A stretch of DNA of 64,000 bases from Thermaurantimonas sp. (GCA_046295455.1 JBKBNI010000007.1:89899-153898), one strand, 5' to 3'; counted from the stretch's first letter, positions 43,601 through 53,636 are shown. The notes: generated by a model not told the origin, from the sequence alone. Numbers and translations are program-made.

Positions 43601-45005
43601 TACCAAAGGCGAGGCAGATGTGCTTCGCAAAGCAATGGGTAAAAAGCAAAAAGCCGTGCTTGATAAGATGAAGCCAAAATTTATCGACCAGGCTTCTGCA
43701 AAAGGGTATCCGGTCCAAACCCTTGAGAAAATCTGGTCAGACTGGGAGGCTTTCGCTTCCTATGCGTTTAATAAGTCACATGCTACCTGCTACGCAGTAG
43801 TGGCTTTTCAGACCGCCTATCTGAAAGCTCATCATCCAGCTGAATTTATGGCCGCTACCATCACACACTACCAGAGCGATGTCAAGACCATCAGTTTTTA
43901 TATGGAAGACTGCCGGCGTCATAAGATTCCTATCCTGGGTCCAAGTGTCAATGAAAGTGATATGAATTTTAGTGTGAATGCCCACGGGGAAATCCGGTTT
44001 GGCCTGGCAGGAATGAAAGGAGTCGGAGAAGGTGCTGCACAGAGCATTATCGAAGAGCGTCAAAACGGAGGCCCGTATATCTCTATTTTTGATTTTGTGC
44101 AGCGAACAGACCAGCGCATAATCAATAAAAAGGTTATGGAAGCTCTGGCTATCGGAGGAGCCTTCGACGACTTCTCAGAATGTCATCGGGCGACATACTT
44201 TTCCGACGTAGATGGCAAGTCGTTTATCGAAACACTCATTCGCTATGGCCAAGCTTATAAATCTGCAATGGCCACAGCCCATATGTCGCTCTTTGGGGAT
44301 ATGATGAGCAGCAGCATACAGACTCCCGCCATACCTGCCTCAGAACCCTGGACAAACCAAGAGATACTGCAGCGCGAAGCAGAGATCAACGGATTATATC
44401 TTTCGGGGCATCCGCTCGATGACTATCGAATCGAATACCAAAGTTTTGCCACGCACTCAACAGCCGACCTTTCCGAGCCCGAAAGCCTCATAGATAAAGA
44501 AATCAAAGTGATGGGCATGATCAATACCTTCCTTCTTGAAGAAGACAGAAACGGAGAACGAACCTGCCGGTTTGAAGTAATGGACTATGACGGAACTTTT
44601 ACATTCAGGCTTCGTAGCCAGGCCTTTAACAAGTTGGGCCACATCGTCCAAAACGCTCAGGTAATCCTGGTTACTGTTCAAGTCAAAAGGCCTTTTCAGC
44701 GAAGCGACGGTATGCCCGGCAACCCGTATATCGATGTCACAAATATTGAACCTGCTACAGAGCTCAGCGCCAAGGCTCAGCGAATGACCATCTATTTAAG
44801 TTGTGAAACACTGGAAGACATTATGCTGACCGAATTACATAAAATCCTTACAGCACACCCCGGCACCAAAAGTCTGCGGTTTGTGCTGGAAGAGGAGCCT
44901 ACGCAGACCCGTGTGCTTACCCTATCAAAAATAAAAATAAATATTAGCCGGAGCCTTATCTATAATCTGAATCAATTTTCAGGAATTAATATCCTACTTC
45001 AATGA
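40674..45005 (+). CDS. dnaE: DNA polymerase III subunit alpha with N-terminal DnaQ-like 3'-5' exonuclease domain
   Basis: N-terminal FDTETTG/HN..FD/AHNATAD (DEDDh); GPGRGSAAGS, PDIDTDF, KMDFLGL, YAFNKSH. Confidence 0.96.
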   Translation: MFLIFDTETTGLPKRYDAPITQLDNWPRVVQIAWQLHDSWGNLIEHEGLIIYPDDWEVPYDAEKVHGISTALARKVGSKAPEVFEKFLKTLAKSELIAGHNLQFDINVIASELYRHGFDYQKLLQKSKLDTCDEATAMLTRLPGGKGGKFKFPTLTELYQYLFGESFEEAHNATADVEATARCFFELIRSGHYSEVQLKKREGFLSEFKRRNPQPMKLWGLVHKNLKNASTQASAAQKSDPPRVETTTTLDTDKLSGFFHIFNKTRFSVLSSTIEVSELVQKAAEYNFSAVGIADTGNMMAAFQFMIKIKEINANRPDDKKLKGIIGCELELVQDIQAKSYQERNPRIVLYAKNKAGYANLSKLVSIANTDGFYYNPRIDKKHICQYKDNLIALSGTLWGELPQLILTQGKKAAEEALLWWKEQFDGDFYIQLNRHGPDEEKHVNEILIELAREHHVKTIATNNNYYLHPDEFELLDTLICIRDGNLVSDPIGKGRGHRFGYTDNAYYFRPVNEMATLYADIPEALYNLAEIADKVENYDLKREVLLPEFKIPDEFKNPEDERDGGKRGENSYLRHIAYEGARQRYPEMTDEIRERIEFELETIEKTGYPGYFLIVSDFCRAAREMGVVVGPGRGSAAGSVVAYCIGITNVDPIKYNLLFERFLNPERVSLPDIDTDFDDEGRDKVIKYVIDKYGANQVAQIITYGTMAAKSSVRDCGRVLGLSPTEVNILSKKVPTSLSLGELFRLEDREVRERVRGNELPGALEIRQLYNSEKPEAKVLRMAEKLEGALRNTGIHACGIIITPTDVRNLVPVARAKDSEMWCTQFDNNIVESAGLLKMDFLGLKTLTIIKDACQMIKKHKKITIDPDQIPLDDPLTYEKIFQTGDTIGVFQLESPGMQKYLRQLRPTSFEDIIAMVALYRPGPMEYIPDFIDRKHGRKPIEYDLPEMEEYLRETYGVTVYQEQVMLLSQKLAGFTKGEADVLRKAMGKKQKAVLDKMKPKFIDQASAKGYPVQTLEKIWSDWEAFASYAFNKSHATCYAVVAFQTAYLKAHHPAEFMAATITHYQSDVKTISFYMEDCRRHKIPILGPSVNESDMNFSVNAHGEIRFGLAGMKGVGEGAAQSIIEERQNGGPYISIFDFVQRTDQRIINKKVMEALAIGGAFDDFSECHRATYFSDVDGKSFIETLIRYGQAYKSAMATAHMSLFGDMMSSSIQTPAIPASEPWTNQEILQREAEINGLYLSGHPLDDYRIEYQSFATHSTADLSEPESLIDKEIKVMGMINTFLLEEDRNGERTCRFEVMDYDGTFTFRLRSQAFNKLGHIVQNAQVILVTVQVKRPFQRSDGMPGNPYIDVTNIEPATELSAKAQRMTIYLSCETLEDIMLTELHKILTAHPGTKSLRFVLEEEPTQTRVLTLSKIKINISRSLIYNLNQFSGINILLQ

Positions 45006-45097
45006 TAAAAAAAGAGATTATTATTTAGGATCTAATGCTGGGATTAGAGTAATCTTTAATCTTTTCGCAATACGCTCATGCCTAAGTAAAACTTAAG

Positions 45098-47044
45098 CTA
45101 CATGCTCGTAATCTTCAGTTCCGTTCTTCTATTCAGTTGCCTGCCTTCCTCTGTATCGTTTGAAGCAATTGGCTGCGTATCTCCGTATCCCCGAGCTGTA
45201 AGACGCGAGGGTGAGATACCGTTTTTAGTGAGATATTCGACCACACTCCTGGCGCGGTTCAGTGATAAAGTCTGATTGTACGCGGCAGAGCCACGACTAT
45301 CTGTGTGGCCGGAGATTTCAACTTTTACAGTAGGATTTTTTAGCAGAAACTGTAGAATTTTTTCCAGTTCAGACTCAGACTTGGGTTGAATCCGGTAAGA
45401 ATCTGTATCAAAAAACAGGTTTTGTAGCACAATAGAGTTACCTGCCCGAATCGGTTTGAGTCGTACCTCGATGTGCAAAGCACTGTCCTGAGGTTCTTCT
45501 TTTACAGCAAAGTTTTGTGAGTGAAAGAGGTATCCTTCCTTTTCGACATACATCGCATACTCTTCGTTACCGGGCAATACCCAAAAAAACGAACCATCCT
45601 TTCGGGATTCACCGGACCAGATTTCATCCCCGGAATTAAGGTCATAGAGCCGTATGGTACAGCCTGCCAGACGTTTACCGTCGTTAGCATCGGAAGCAAC
45701 ACCTGATACGAATGCCACTGGTACCTGACGCAAACGTGCATCGAGCGAAAACCGGTAAAGGTCAAATCCGCCGTATCCATCCGGCCTGCTGTCGCTGGCA
45801 AAGTAGCCTGTCTGTCCATTTGGACTGATGATCAGGCTAAATTCTTCAGCAGCAGTATTTACAGGATAGCCGAGATTGACAGGTTCGGACCATGTGCCAT
45901 CCGGGCTGCGCTTTGAATAAAAAAAGTCCATATCCCCAAACCCCGGGTGTCCGTCGCTGGCAAAAAACAAAGTCTGATTGTCAAAATAGATGAAAGGGGT
46001 CGCCTCACGACCGGGAGTATTGACTGCACCGGAAACAGGCTTGGCTTCTGTCCATTGCCCATCTTTTTCAAGGGTGGAATAATAGATGTCAGTCGATTCA
46101 TCCCTTCCGGTCTTGCCACGCACGAAGTAGAGCGTCCGTCCGTCGGGTGAAAGAGAGGGTTGACTTTCCCAATGGGAGGTATTGATAGAGGGTCCGAGGT
46201 TCTGGGGTGTGCTCCAGCTGCCGTCAGGCCTCAGATAACTTGCATACAAGTCGCATGAACCATATCCATTCGGGCGATGACATCCCGTAAAAATAATTAT
46301 CCTCCCATCGGCAGAAACAGTCTGTGCACCTTCATTGAGAGGTGTATTAATAGATCCCGGCAATTTTCTTTTTGGCGAAAAAGAGCCGTCGGATGTCATT
46401 TCTGAGAAGTAGAAGTCTTCATCCTTTTTTTCGGAGTCCACTTCCCGCTCAGTAAATACCAACAGGCGACCATCTGCCGAAAGTGATGGGAAGTACTGAT
46501 GATGCACATCATTGATAGCACTTCCTAGATTTTCGGGCATAAAACGAACGCTGTCTGTGATGGATACCCTCGCAAATTCCAGATTTTTTCGGATTTTATT
46601 GGCCCTTTGAAGTCCTTGAGGACTCGCTTTGAGATTTGCCTGATAGATGTCGAGGTGTTTTGAGGCCTGGTCGTATTGGTAAGTATTAAAATAAATTTCT
46701 GCTACAGACAGGTGTAAAAATGCCCCTGCACCTGCTTGCAGAGCGCCATGGTAAGCTTCCAATGCTCTGGTGTAATCTTTTTTTCGGGTATAAATATCTC
46801 CTCTTAAAATCCAGGCCTCTTCAAAGTCAGGATACTTTTTATTGATTTTTTCTAACTGTATCAGTGCATCTTCTGTGAGGCGACTGGCCAGTTTTTCTCT
46901 GGCCTGCTGATACATCTTGAGAGCGCGTTTATTCTGGCTGTGGCCTGCAATCGGAAGTAAACCCCATGCGGATGTTATCAGGATGATAATAAGAGCGTTG
47001 GTTTTCAATATGTTTTGATGTTTCTTTTTATAAACAAATGACAT
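45098..47044 (-). CDS. OmpA-family protein with TPR and PD40 (WD40-like) repeats, PorE-like
   Basis: N-terminal TPRs, PSLSADG/PSLSPDG..LYF repeats, C-terminal GHTDSRG..NQTLS..RA..GRQLNRRTE; start codon uncertain (47044-47068). Confidence 0.9.
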   Translation of the reverse strand: MSFVYKKKHQNILKTNALIIILITSAWGLLPIAGHSQNKRALKMYQQAREKLASRLTEDALIQLEKINKKYPDFEEAWILRGDIYTRKKDYTRALEAYHGALQAGAGAFLHLSVAEIYFNTYQYDQASKHLDIYQANLKASPQGLQRANKIRKNLEFARVSITDSVRFMPENLGSAINDVHHQYFPSLSADGRLLVFTEREVDSEKKDEDFYFSEMTSDGSFSPKRKLPGSINTPLNEGAQTVSADGRIIIFTGCHRPNGYGSCDLYASYLRPDGSWSTPQNLGPSINTSHWESQPSLSPDGRTLYFVRGKTGRDESTDIYYSTLEKDGQWTEAKPVSGAVNTPGREATPFIYFDNQTLFFASDGHPGFGDMDFFYSKRSPDGTWSEPVNLGYPVNTAAEEFSLIISPNGQTGYFASDSRPDGYGGFDLYRFSLDARLRQVPVAFVSGVASDANDGKRLAGCTIRLYDLNSGDEIWSGESRKDGSFFWVLPGNEEYAMYVEKEGYLFHSQNFAVKEEPQDSALHIEVRLKPIRAGNSIVLQNLFFDTDSYRIQPKSESELEKILQFLLKNPTVKVEISGHTDSRGSAAYNQTLSLNRARSVVEYLTKNGISPSRLTARGYGDTQPIASNDTEEGRQLNRRTELKITSM

Positions 47045-47240
47045 AATAGGAGTAAATTCAAGATCCAAAAGTGTGTTTGACCCGGCGATAGCCCCGAGTC
47101 AAATGTACCGGGGATTCTCTTTCGGAACTTCTGCAAGCTCTTTTGTAATAGACAAAGCTAAAGTGCTCGGAGAAATATTTCGGAAGTTCATTGTCATAAA
47201 AACGGAAAATTAAAAAATACCAAAATTAAACCGAAACTAC

Positions 47241-47272
47241 TTGTATAAAAGACTGGGAAATCCTTAGATTTG
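47241..47272 (+). promoter_or_regulatory. sigma-A promoter for tRNA-His
   Basis: TTG at 47241 and TAGATTTG at 47265-47272, ending 14 nt before the tRNA. Confidence 0.65.
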
Positions 47273-47285
47273 CAGCCCTAAAAAT

Positions 47286-47360
47286 GGTGGCTGTAGCTCA
47301 GTCGGTTAGAGCGTCGGATTGTGGTTCCGAAGGTCGTGGGTTCGAGACCCATCTGCCACC
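47286..47360 (+). tRNA. tRNA-His (GUG)
   Basis: G-1 followed by GTGGCTG acceptor, D-arm GCTC..GAGC, anticodon arm TCGGA-TTGTGGT-TCCGA, T-loop GTTCGAGA, C73; complete CCA not encoded. Confidence 0.97.
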
Positions 47361-47372
47361 CAGGGCAATGTC

Positions 47373-47399
47373 AAAACCGGTCAATCTGACCGGTTTTTT
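47373..47399 (+). terminator. intrinsic terminator after tRNA-His
   Basis: AAAACCGGTCA-ATC-TGACCGGTTTTTT perfect hairpin with U-tract. Confidence 0.88.
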
Positions 47400-47496
47400 G
47401 CTTTAGATGAATTAAATCGCCGATTGGTACATTTTTTCGTTATTTAATCTAAGCCGGTGTGATTGTTCGGATGTTTCCATCTATGTTTGTCTTGTG

Positions 47497-48162
47497 ATGA
47501 CTGCAGAACATTTTATTTCCCTTCAGATTTCTCCGCTGCACAGTACGGACAGCATTGCTTATGCCATAGATGAGATGCTGCAGCAGGGCACACGATCGCT
47601 ACCGGTGATTGGAGAAGGGGAGTTTGTAGGAGTAGTAAAACTAGAGGATCTCGAAAATCAAATTGACAGTTCTGTTTCGATCAGCAGTTTACCCACAGAG
47701 CTGCTTAAGCCTTATTTTATCTATTCTCACCTCCACGAGCTGGAAGTCATCAGTGCATTTGGAGTGTTTAAATGCGATGTATTAGCTGTCGTAGACTCTT
47801 CCGGCGGATACATCGGGAGCATTCTGGCTTCAGAAATGTTGTTTTCCTTTGCTCAGTCCGTATCCTTTAAAATCCCTGGTGGGGTAATCGTACTCGAACT
47901 TTCAACGGCGGATTATCACCTTAGCCAGATTGCCCAGATAGCCGAAAGCGGAGATGCCCGTATCGTGGCGCTCTATATGTCAGAACTACCGGGTAGCAAT
48001 CGGATCTTGCTCACGCTTAAACTTAACAAGGAAAATCTGGATGGCATCATTCAGACATTTGAGCGCTACAATTATGAGACGAGGGCCATTTTTGCACACA
48101 GCAAATCTGCTGTTGACCTGATGCAGCGGTACGATTTGCTGATGAAATGGATCAATATGTAG
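47497..48162 (+). CDS. CBS domain-containing protein
   Basis: SLPVI..GEFVGVV and LAVVD..GYIG CBS pair; PGGVIVLE, TFERYNY C-terminal domain. Confidence 0.85.
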   Translation: MTAEHFISLQISPLHSTDSIAYAIDEMLQQGTRSLPVIGEGEFVGVVKLEDLENQIDSSVSISSLPTELLKPYFIYSHLHELEVISAFGVFKCDVLAVVDSSGGYIGSILASEMLFSFAQSVSFKIPGGVIVLELSTADYHLSQIAQIAESGDARIVALYMSELPGSNRILLTLKLNKENLDGIIQTFERYNYETRAIFAHSKSAVDLMQRYDLLMKWINM

Positions 48163-48163
48163 C

Positions 48164-49180
48164 ATGGAATATCACCACAAGATTGTTGACCTGCCCGCAG
48201 TACCTTTCTCCGATCGATTAATACGCCCTGAGGAGCCCCTGATTCTGGTAGGGTCCTGTTTTTCGGATTATGTGGGTGGACTTCTGCAGCGGCTGTACCA
48301 TCCGGTCGTGGTCAATCCGATGGGGATAGTCTTTGATCCTGCAAGTCTTCTTGTTCATTTTCAATTAGTGTTGGAAAATAAGATTGAAAGTAAATGGATT
48401 TTCCGGCGGGATGGGCTATATTTCTCATGGTTGCATCACAGCCAGATATATGCTGCTACACAAGCAGATCTACACAAAAGGATAGCATCGGCCCGAGACA
48501 GAATGTATCAAGGTGTGGCTTCAGCCCGCCTGATTGCTATTACGCTCGGCACGGCTTTTACCTATCGATTGAAGCATGAAGGAATGCACGTAGCCAACTG
48601 TCACAAGATGCCGGCAATTCTTTTTGAAAAACGGCTACTATCTGTAAATGAAATCAGCAATTCCCTCGATAGCCTGGTCGAAGCCATACGCCGAATCAAT
48701 AAAGATGCTTCGATCATCTTTACAGTTAGCCCGGTGAAACATCTTCGCGATGGTGTTGTCGATAATTCAAGAAGCAAAGCACACCTTATATCAGCCGTGC
48801 ATCGGACTATTGACTCAACAAGCGATGTTTGGTACTACCCTGCCTATGAAATCGTAACCGATGTACTACGCAACTATGAGTACTATCAGGAAGACATGGC
48901 ACATCCAACATCAAAGGCAGTTGAAGTGGTGTTTAGCCACTTTTTGAACACGTGCTTCTCGAAAGAATGTCGGTTGCAATTCGGTGAGATTGACCGGTTC
49001 TTAAAATCGCTCCACCATCAGGTGCGCATACCGGAGGCAGACAGCTCAAAAAAATGGTTTCAGAATCTTCTGATCGAGAAAGAAAAAATCGAAACATCTT
49101 ATCATATCCGTCTGGCCGGAAACGATTTATCCAGATGGGAGGCTCTGTATGCACAGTTCACTTCAGCGACGCATACCTGA
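48164..49180 (+). CDS. GSCFA domain-containing protein (SGNH-hydrolase-like)
   Basis: GSCFS, NPMGIVFDP, TLGTA, VANCHK, FTVSPVKH, YYPAYEI, DMAHP. Confidence 0.9.
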   Translation: MEYHHKIVDLPAVPFSDRLIRPEEPLILVGSCFSDYVGGLLQRLYHPVVVNPMGIVFDPASLLVHFQLVLENKIESKWIFRRDGLYFSWLHHSQIYAATQADLHKRIASARDRMYQGVASARLIAITLGTAFTYRLKHEGMHVANCHKMPAILFEKRLLSVNEISNSLDSLVEAIRRINKDASIIFTVSPVKHLRDGVVDNSRSKAHLISAVHRTIDSTSDVWYYPAYEIVTDVLRNYEYYQEDMAHPTSKAVEVVFSHFLNTCFSKECRLQFGEIDRFLKSLHHQVRIPEADSSKKWFQNLLIEKEKIETSYHIRLAGNDLSRWEALYAQFTSATHT

Positions 49181-50404
49181 CTATAGGGTATTGAGATTGT
49201 AAATGGTCAGACCACTTCTGAGTTTTGGCAGGATGTAGGTGGTTTTGGGAGGCATCACCTGATGTTTGTCCGCAATGCGCTTGATTACATCCGGGCGGAT
49301 CGGGGCTAATTCAAACACTAGTGAAAAAGGATGCTCTGCAGCCCAGAGTTCTGCCTTTGTCCGGCCTTCGGGTGTGGGCATGTAGTGCAAGAAATGGTTT
49401 TCTTTAGCATCCTGAACACCAGCCACGGGATTGAGGATGCAGTCAAACAACAGGCTGGCATCCAGACTTTCAGATTCGTTTTTAGCATCATACCACTCTT
49501 CGGGAAACGCAAAACGCAGCCAGCCCTCGTTGCAATACATCGAAAACTGGCCGCTTTCAGTGACTCCGGACGACGGAAGCATCGGACAGTGCGCTCGAAT
49601 GAAGCTAATGATTTCATTGTATTTACTTTCAGAAGGATTTTCGAGCAATCTGAAAAAGGAATCAATAACCAGTTCGCTCTCGGGCAACATCATCGCCATA
49701 AAATAGCCCGACTCTTTAGAGTCGGCTCCTTCCGCCTGCAGCCTCTTATGCAATAGAGCCGAAGAGGCAGTGCGATGGTGACCATCAGCAATGTACACTT
49801 TATCCAGGCAGTCAAAGCAGTGCTGAATGATTTCAATGCTATTGAGATCGCAGACCACCCATAGTTCGTGCAATATTTTATCGGTGGAGGTAAATTCATA
49901 TTCCGGTCGGATAAATAAATACCGCTCTAGGACTTCCCGCAGTTTCGGTTGCCAGGGATACATCAGCAACACCGGTTCAGCATTGAATCCGGTGTGATAC
50001 AAATATTCTGCAAACATCTCTTCCCGCTTTGTCAGCGTATGTTCGTGGATTTTGATACGACCCTCCTCATAGTCCTTTACACTTACAGCACCGATAAATC
50101 CTGTAAATATGTGCTCTGGTGTAGATTGGCGGTAGATGTAGTAAGAAGGGCGTTCGTCTTCGATGAAGACACCTTCGTTGCAAAAAGTTTTAAACGCCTC
50201 TTTGACCAGCTTGTACTTTTCGACCCCTTGAACGCCAGAAGAACGAGCCTTTTCCGGATTGATCACATGCAAAAAGGTGTAGGGATTGTTGTTGAGTTTG
50301 TCAAGCAATGCTTGCTCAGGGTAGGACACATAAGACCTGGTGGCCACCAGGTAAGCCTTGTCGCGGGTTGGTCTGATAGCTCTGAATGGGCGAAAGTCAA
50401 TCAT
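49181..50404 (-). CDS. DUF1015 family protein
   Basis: RPFRAIRP, IKIHEHT, YIADGHHR, MPPKTTYILPKLRSGL. Confidence 0.9.
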   Translation of the reverse strand: MIDFRPFRAIRPTRDKAYLVATRSYVSYPEQALLDKLNNNPYTFLHVINPEKARSSGVQGVEKYKLVKEAFKTFCNEGVFIEDERPSYYIYRQSTPEHIFTGFIGAVSVKDYEEGRIKIHEHTLTKREEMFAEYLYHTGFNAEPVLLMYPWQPKLREVLERYLFIRPEYEFTSTDKILHELWVVCDLNSIEIIQHCFDCLDKVYIADGHHRTASSALLHKRLQAEGADSKESGYFMAMMLPESELVIDSFFRLLENPSESKYNEIISFIRAHCPMLPSSGVTESGQFSMYCNEGWLRFAFPEEWYDAKNESESLDASLLFDCILNPVAGVQDAKENHFLHYMPTPEGRTKAELWAAEHPFSLVFELAPIRPDVIKRIADKHQVMPPKTTYILPKLRSGLTIYNLNTL

Positions 50405-50676
50405 AGTGAAAGGGCAATATCGATTGCAATGTTATGAACAATTCTCTTCTGCAGTGCCTGGATTTTTAAAGGCTGCAAATCGTAATTTGAATTCGGTATA
50501 TATGCCCGATGCCGCTAATCGCGCGAGGGCTTTTGAGAATTCAAAATGTTGACTTATTGGAAAAGTAAGAGAGAAAATTCATTGAGCATCCATATGGAGT
50601 GGTGGGTATCTCACATATGATTTCAGGTGAAAAATCCGCCGGTGCTGACTTTTATTTGCTGTCAAATAAGTAAAAC

Positions 50677-51537
50677 GTGATTTGGTTTGGTCTCAGCATC
50701 CTTTGCTCGGTTCTGATTTTTTTATTGTTCAATATATTTCCTCGTTACAGAATCCATACATTCCGGGCGATCACCACCAATTATTTGGTTGCCTTTCTCC
50801 TGGGGATAGTCTCCGGCGGAGGTGAGCAGCCGATGCGCTCTGCCTTTCCCTTTCTACCTTGGGCAGTGTTGATTGGTCTGCTGTTTATATCTCTATTTGG
50901 ATTGATGGCCAGAGTCACTCAAGACTACGGCGTATCGGCTGTATCGGTGGCGGTCAAAATGTCTCTTGCTATACCTGTGCTTTTTTCACTTGTCTATTTT
51001 GATGAGCATCTTAATAAGGTGAATATTTTGGGCATTGGATTGGCATTTCCTGCTTTGTTTCTGAGCATTGCCGGGAAGCAGGATGTACACGGGAGCATCC
51101 GGTTTGGATGGATGCCCGTTGTCTTATTTGTGGGTAGCGGTCTGCTGGACTCCCTGTTGAAATATGTTCAGCAAGTTCATTTGTCGGAGCAGGTTACTGC
51201 TTTATTTACAGCCTTGTGCTTTGGGAGTGCCTTTGTCTTTGGGGTTGTTAGTTTGGTTGTCAGGTGGGTTATGAAGAGGGATAAAATCATGGATTTCCGT
51301 TCGGTAGTGGCGGGCATCCTTCTGGGTATCCCGAATTTCGGTTCAATATACTTTTTGGTACGTGCACTTCAGATACCGGGAATGGACGGGTCGAGGGCTT
51401 TTCCGATTAACAACATGGGCATCGTTATACTATCTGCCCTGGTCTCGATATTTGTTTTCAGAGAGAAATTTTCGTCATCTAAAACATGGTCTGTTTTTCT
51501 GGCACTTGTGTCAATACTACTGATGAGCAAATCGTAG
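50677..51537 (+). CDS. EamA/DMT superfamily transporter
   Basis: About ten TM helices; KMSLAIP, GILLGIPNFGSIYFL, FPINN, FREK; GTG start. Confidence 0.85.
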   Translation: MIWFGLSILCSVLIFLLFNIFPRYRIHTFRAITTNYLVAFLLGIVSGGGEQPMRSAFPFLPWAVLIGLLFISLFGLMARVTQDYGVSAVSVAVKMSLAIPVLFSLVYFDEHLNKVNILGIGLAFPALFLSIAGKQDVHGSIRFGWMPVVLFVGSGLLDSLLKYVQQVHLSEQVTALFTALCFGSAFVFGVVSLVVRWVMKRDKIMDFRSVVAGILLGIPNFGSIYFLVRALQIPGMDGSRAFPINNMGIVILSALVSIFVFREKFSSSKTWSVFLALVSILLMSKS

Positions 51538-51555
51538 CTACCTATGCATGGGGTT

Positions 51556-52713
51556 TTAGACAAATTTTCGGGCATCATCTGCGGTCACGGGGTTGCTGCC
51601 AAGTATGAGCAGGCGTTCGACCACATTGCGGAGTTCACGAATGTTTCCGGTCCATGGCAGGTTTTGAAGGTGTTGTATGGCTTCAGGCTCAAATTTTTTT
51701 AAAGGCAAGCCTTGCTCTTCGCTGATTTGGCGGGCAAAGTATTCGATAAGCAATGGAATATCCTCTTTGCGCTCTGAGAGAGGTGGAATTTTGATAATGA
51801 TAACAGACAGACGGTGGTACAGGTCTTCCCGGAAGTTACCCTTGGCGATTTCATCAAGCAGATTTTTGTTGGTGGCGGCAATGACACGGACATTTACAGA
51901 GATGTCTTTGTCTCCGCCTACAGGAGTGATTTTGTTTTCCTGCAATGCGCGGAGTACTTTGGCTTGTGCCGATAGACTCATATCTCCGATTTCATCCAGG
52001 AAGAGCGTGCCTCCGTCGGCCAGTTCAAATTTTCCTTTCCGGTCTTTTACGGCAGAGGTGAAGGCTCCTTTTTTGTGACCAAAGAGTTCGCTTTCAATGA
52101 GTTCTGAAGGAATAGCTGCGCAATTTACCTCAACAAACGGACCTGAGCTTCTGTTTGATTTTTCATGGATTTGTCGGGCGACGAGTTCCTTTCCGGTACC
52201 ATTGGATCCTGTGATAAGTACCCGCGCGTCGGTAGGGGCGATCTTGTCGATCATTTCCTTTACACTTTTGAGCACATCACTTTCACCGACCATCTGATAT
52301 TGCTTGCTTATTTTTTTCTTAAGAATTTTGTTCTCAACAATCAGGTTTTTACGGTCCAGAGCATTCCTTACAGTGTTGAGCAGGCGATTGAGGTCGGGCG
52401 GTTTGGACAGATAGTCATATGCGCCTGCTTTGATGCATTCTATGGCGGTATCCATATCTCCATGGCCGGAGATCATCACTACCTGGGTATCGGGAGAGTG
52501 CTCCCGGTAGTGACGCAGGACTTCTACCCCGTCCTTACCCGGCATTTTGATGTCGCATAGCAGAAGGTCGTAGAAGTTTTCTCCGGCCATGTCAATGGCT
52601 TGCTGGCCATTTTCAGCCTCTTCGATTACGTATGATGTATTTTCGTTGAGCAGTATGTCGCGTAGCACTTTGCGAATGGCTCGCTCGTCTTCTACAATGA
52701 GGATTCTTGCCAT
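51556..52713 (-). CDS. sigma-54-dependent (NtrC/NtrX-like) response regulator lacking an obvious C-terminal HTH
   Basis: Receiver VEDE..CDIKMP; AAA+ GSNGTGKE, GAFTSA, FLDEIG, FREDLYHRL, WTGNIRELRN. Confidence 0.93.
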   Translation of the reverse strand: MARILIVEDERAIRKVLRDILLNENTSYVIEEAENGQQAIDMAGENFYDLLLCDIKMPGKDGVEVLRHYREHSPDTQVVMISGHGDMDTAIECIKAGAYDYLSKPPDLNRLLNTVRNALDRKNLIVENKILKKKISKQYQMVGESDVLKSVKEMIDKIAPTDARVLITGSNGTGKELVARQIHEKSNRSSGPFVEVNCAAIPSELIESELFGHKKGAFTSAVKDRKGKFELADGGTLFLDEIGDMSLSAQAKVLRALQENKITPVGGDKDISVNVRVIAATNKNLLDEIAKGNFREDLYHRLSVIIIKIPPLSERKEDIPLLIEYFARQISEEQGLPLKKFEPEAIQHLQNLPWTGNIRELRNVVERLLILGSNPVTADDARKFV

Positions 52714-53636
52714 GGACACTGGTTGTTTAGTATTTGAAACATAATTCCCTCTTTTAAGGCAAATGTGGAAAGTAGAATTTTTTTTATGGTTGGAATGGTA
52801 TGTAGGACTATTTCGAGTTGGAGGGCAGACATATGAATGGTATCTGCCCGCATGGGTTCCATTCCGGGCATATTCAGTCGCTGCTGTTCATTGCTGATCA
52901 GGAGAGAATTAAGCAGATTCAACAAGGTTTTTCTCGGCAGTTCGAAACCATTGGAAGGCTTTACCCCACTGGATTCAATTTGGGCGACCATATCCGCAAA
53001 GGTATCAAAAGAGCCGGAAGAGCCTACGAGTATTCCGGGCTTCTGAGATTCGCATGCATCAGCGAGGTCTTCCAACTCGTCGCGTACAAACTGACGGATG
53101 ACCCCCAATTCATCTGCCTCAGGCGGGTCGTGAGGTTTAAACATTTCGATCAATCGGCTGCCTCCAATGGCATAACTCTTCATCCAGAGAATATTCTCTT
53201 TTCTTCCAATGATAAACTCTGTGCTTCCACCGCCGATATCCATCACCAGGATGGTCTCGTTTTTTAAATCAGGAATTGAATGTTTGACCCCTTCATATAT
53301 GATTCTGGCTTCTGTCTCTCCATCGATGATGTTAATAAAAATGCCTGTAAGGCGTCTGACATCTTCTGCAAACTGTCGTCCATTGATGCTGCTGCGCATA
53401 GCTGACGTGGCCACAGCATAGACCATAGAGACGTTGTGCGCCAGACAGGTTTCACGATGCTTTATCATGGCCTGGAGACCTCTTTGGTATGCATCGTCCT
53501 GAATTTTGTGCTCTCCGAGTCCTCCTTTGCCAAGTTTTACAGCTATTTTTCCGTTGAATGTAATAGAACCGGTTGAAGTATTGAAAATCAATAGATTGAA
53601 TGTGTTGGTTCCCAGGTCAATTACGGCAGTATTCAT
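52692..53636 (-). CDS. ppx: Ppx/GppA family exopolyphosphatase
   Basis: IDLGTNTF, ATSAMR, IIDGETEA, DIGGGSTE, ALKEG. Confidence 0.92.
   Translation of the reverse strand: MNTAVIDLGTNTFNLLIFNTSTGSITFNGKIAVKLGKGGLGEHKIQDDAYQRGLQAMIKHRETCLAHNVSMVYAVATSAMRSSINGRQFAEDVRRLTGIFINIIDGETEARIIYEGVKHSIPDLKNETILVMDIGGGSTEFIIGRKENILWMKSYAIGGSRLIEMFKPHDPPEADELGVIRQFVRDELEDLADACESQKPGILVGSSGSFDTFADMVAQIESSGVKPSNGFELPRKTLLNLLNSLLISNEQQRLNMPGMEPMRADTIHMSALQLEIVLHTIPTIKKILLSTFALKEGIMFQILNNQCPWQESSL

Noticed and set aside
47287-47359. U6-U67 mismatch in the tRNA-His acceptor stem and incomplete encoded CCA
   Set aside because: Single mismatches are tolerated and CCA can be added enzymatically; the rest of the cloverleaf is canonical
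47286-47400. tRNA-His as an integration site for a genomic island
   Set aside because: No integrase nearby, no duplicated tRNA 3' end seen in the window, and the terminator and flanking genes look native
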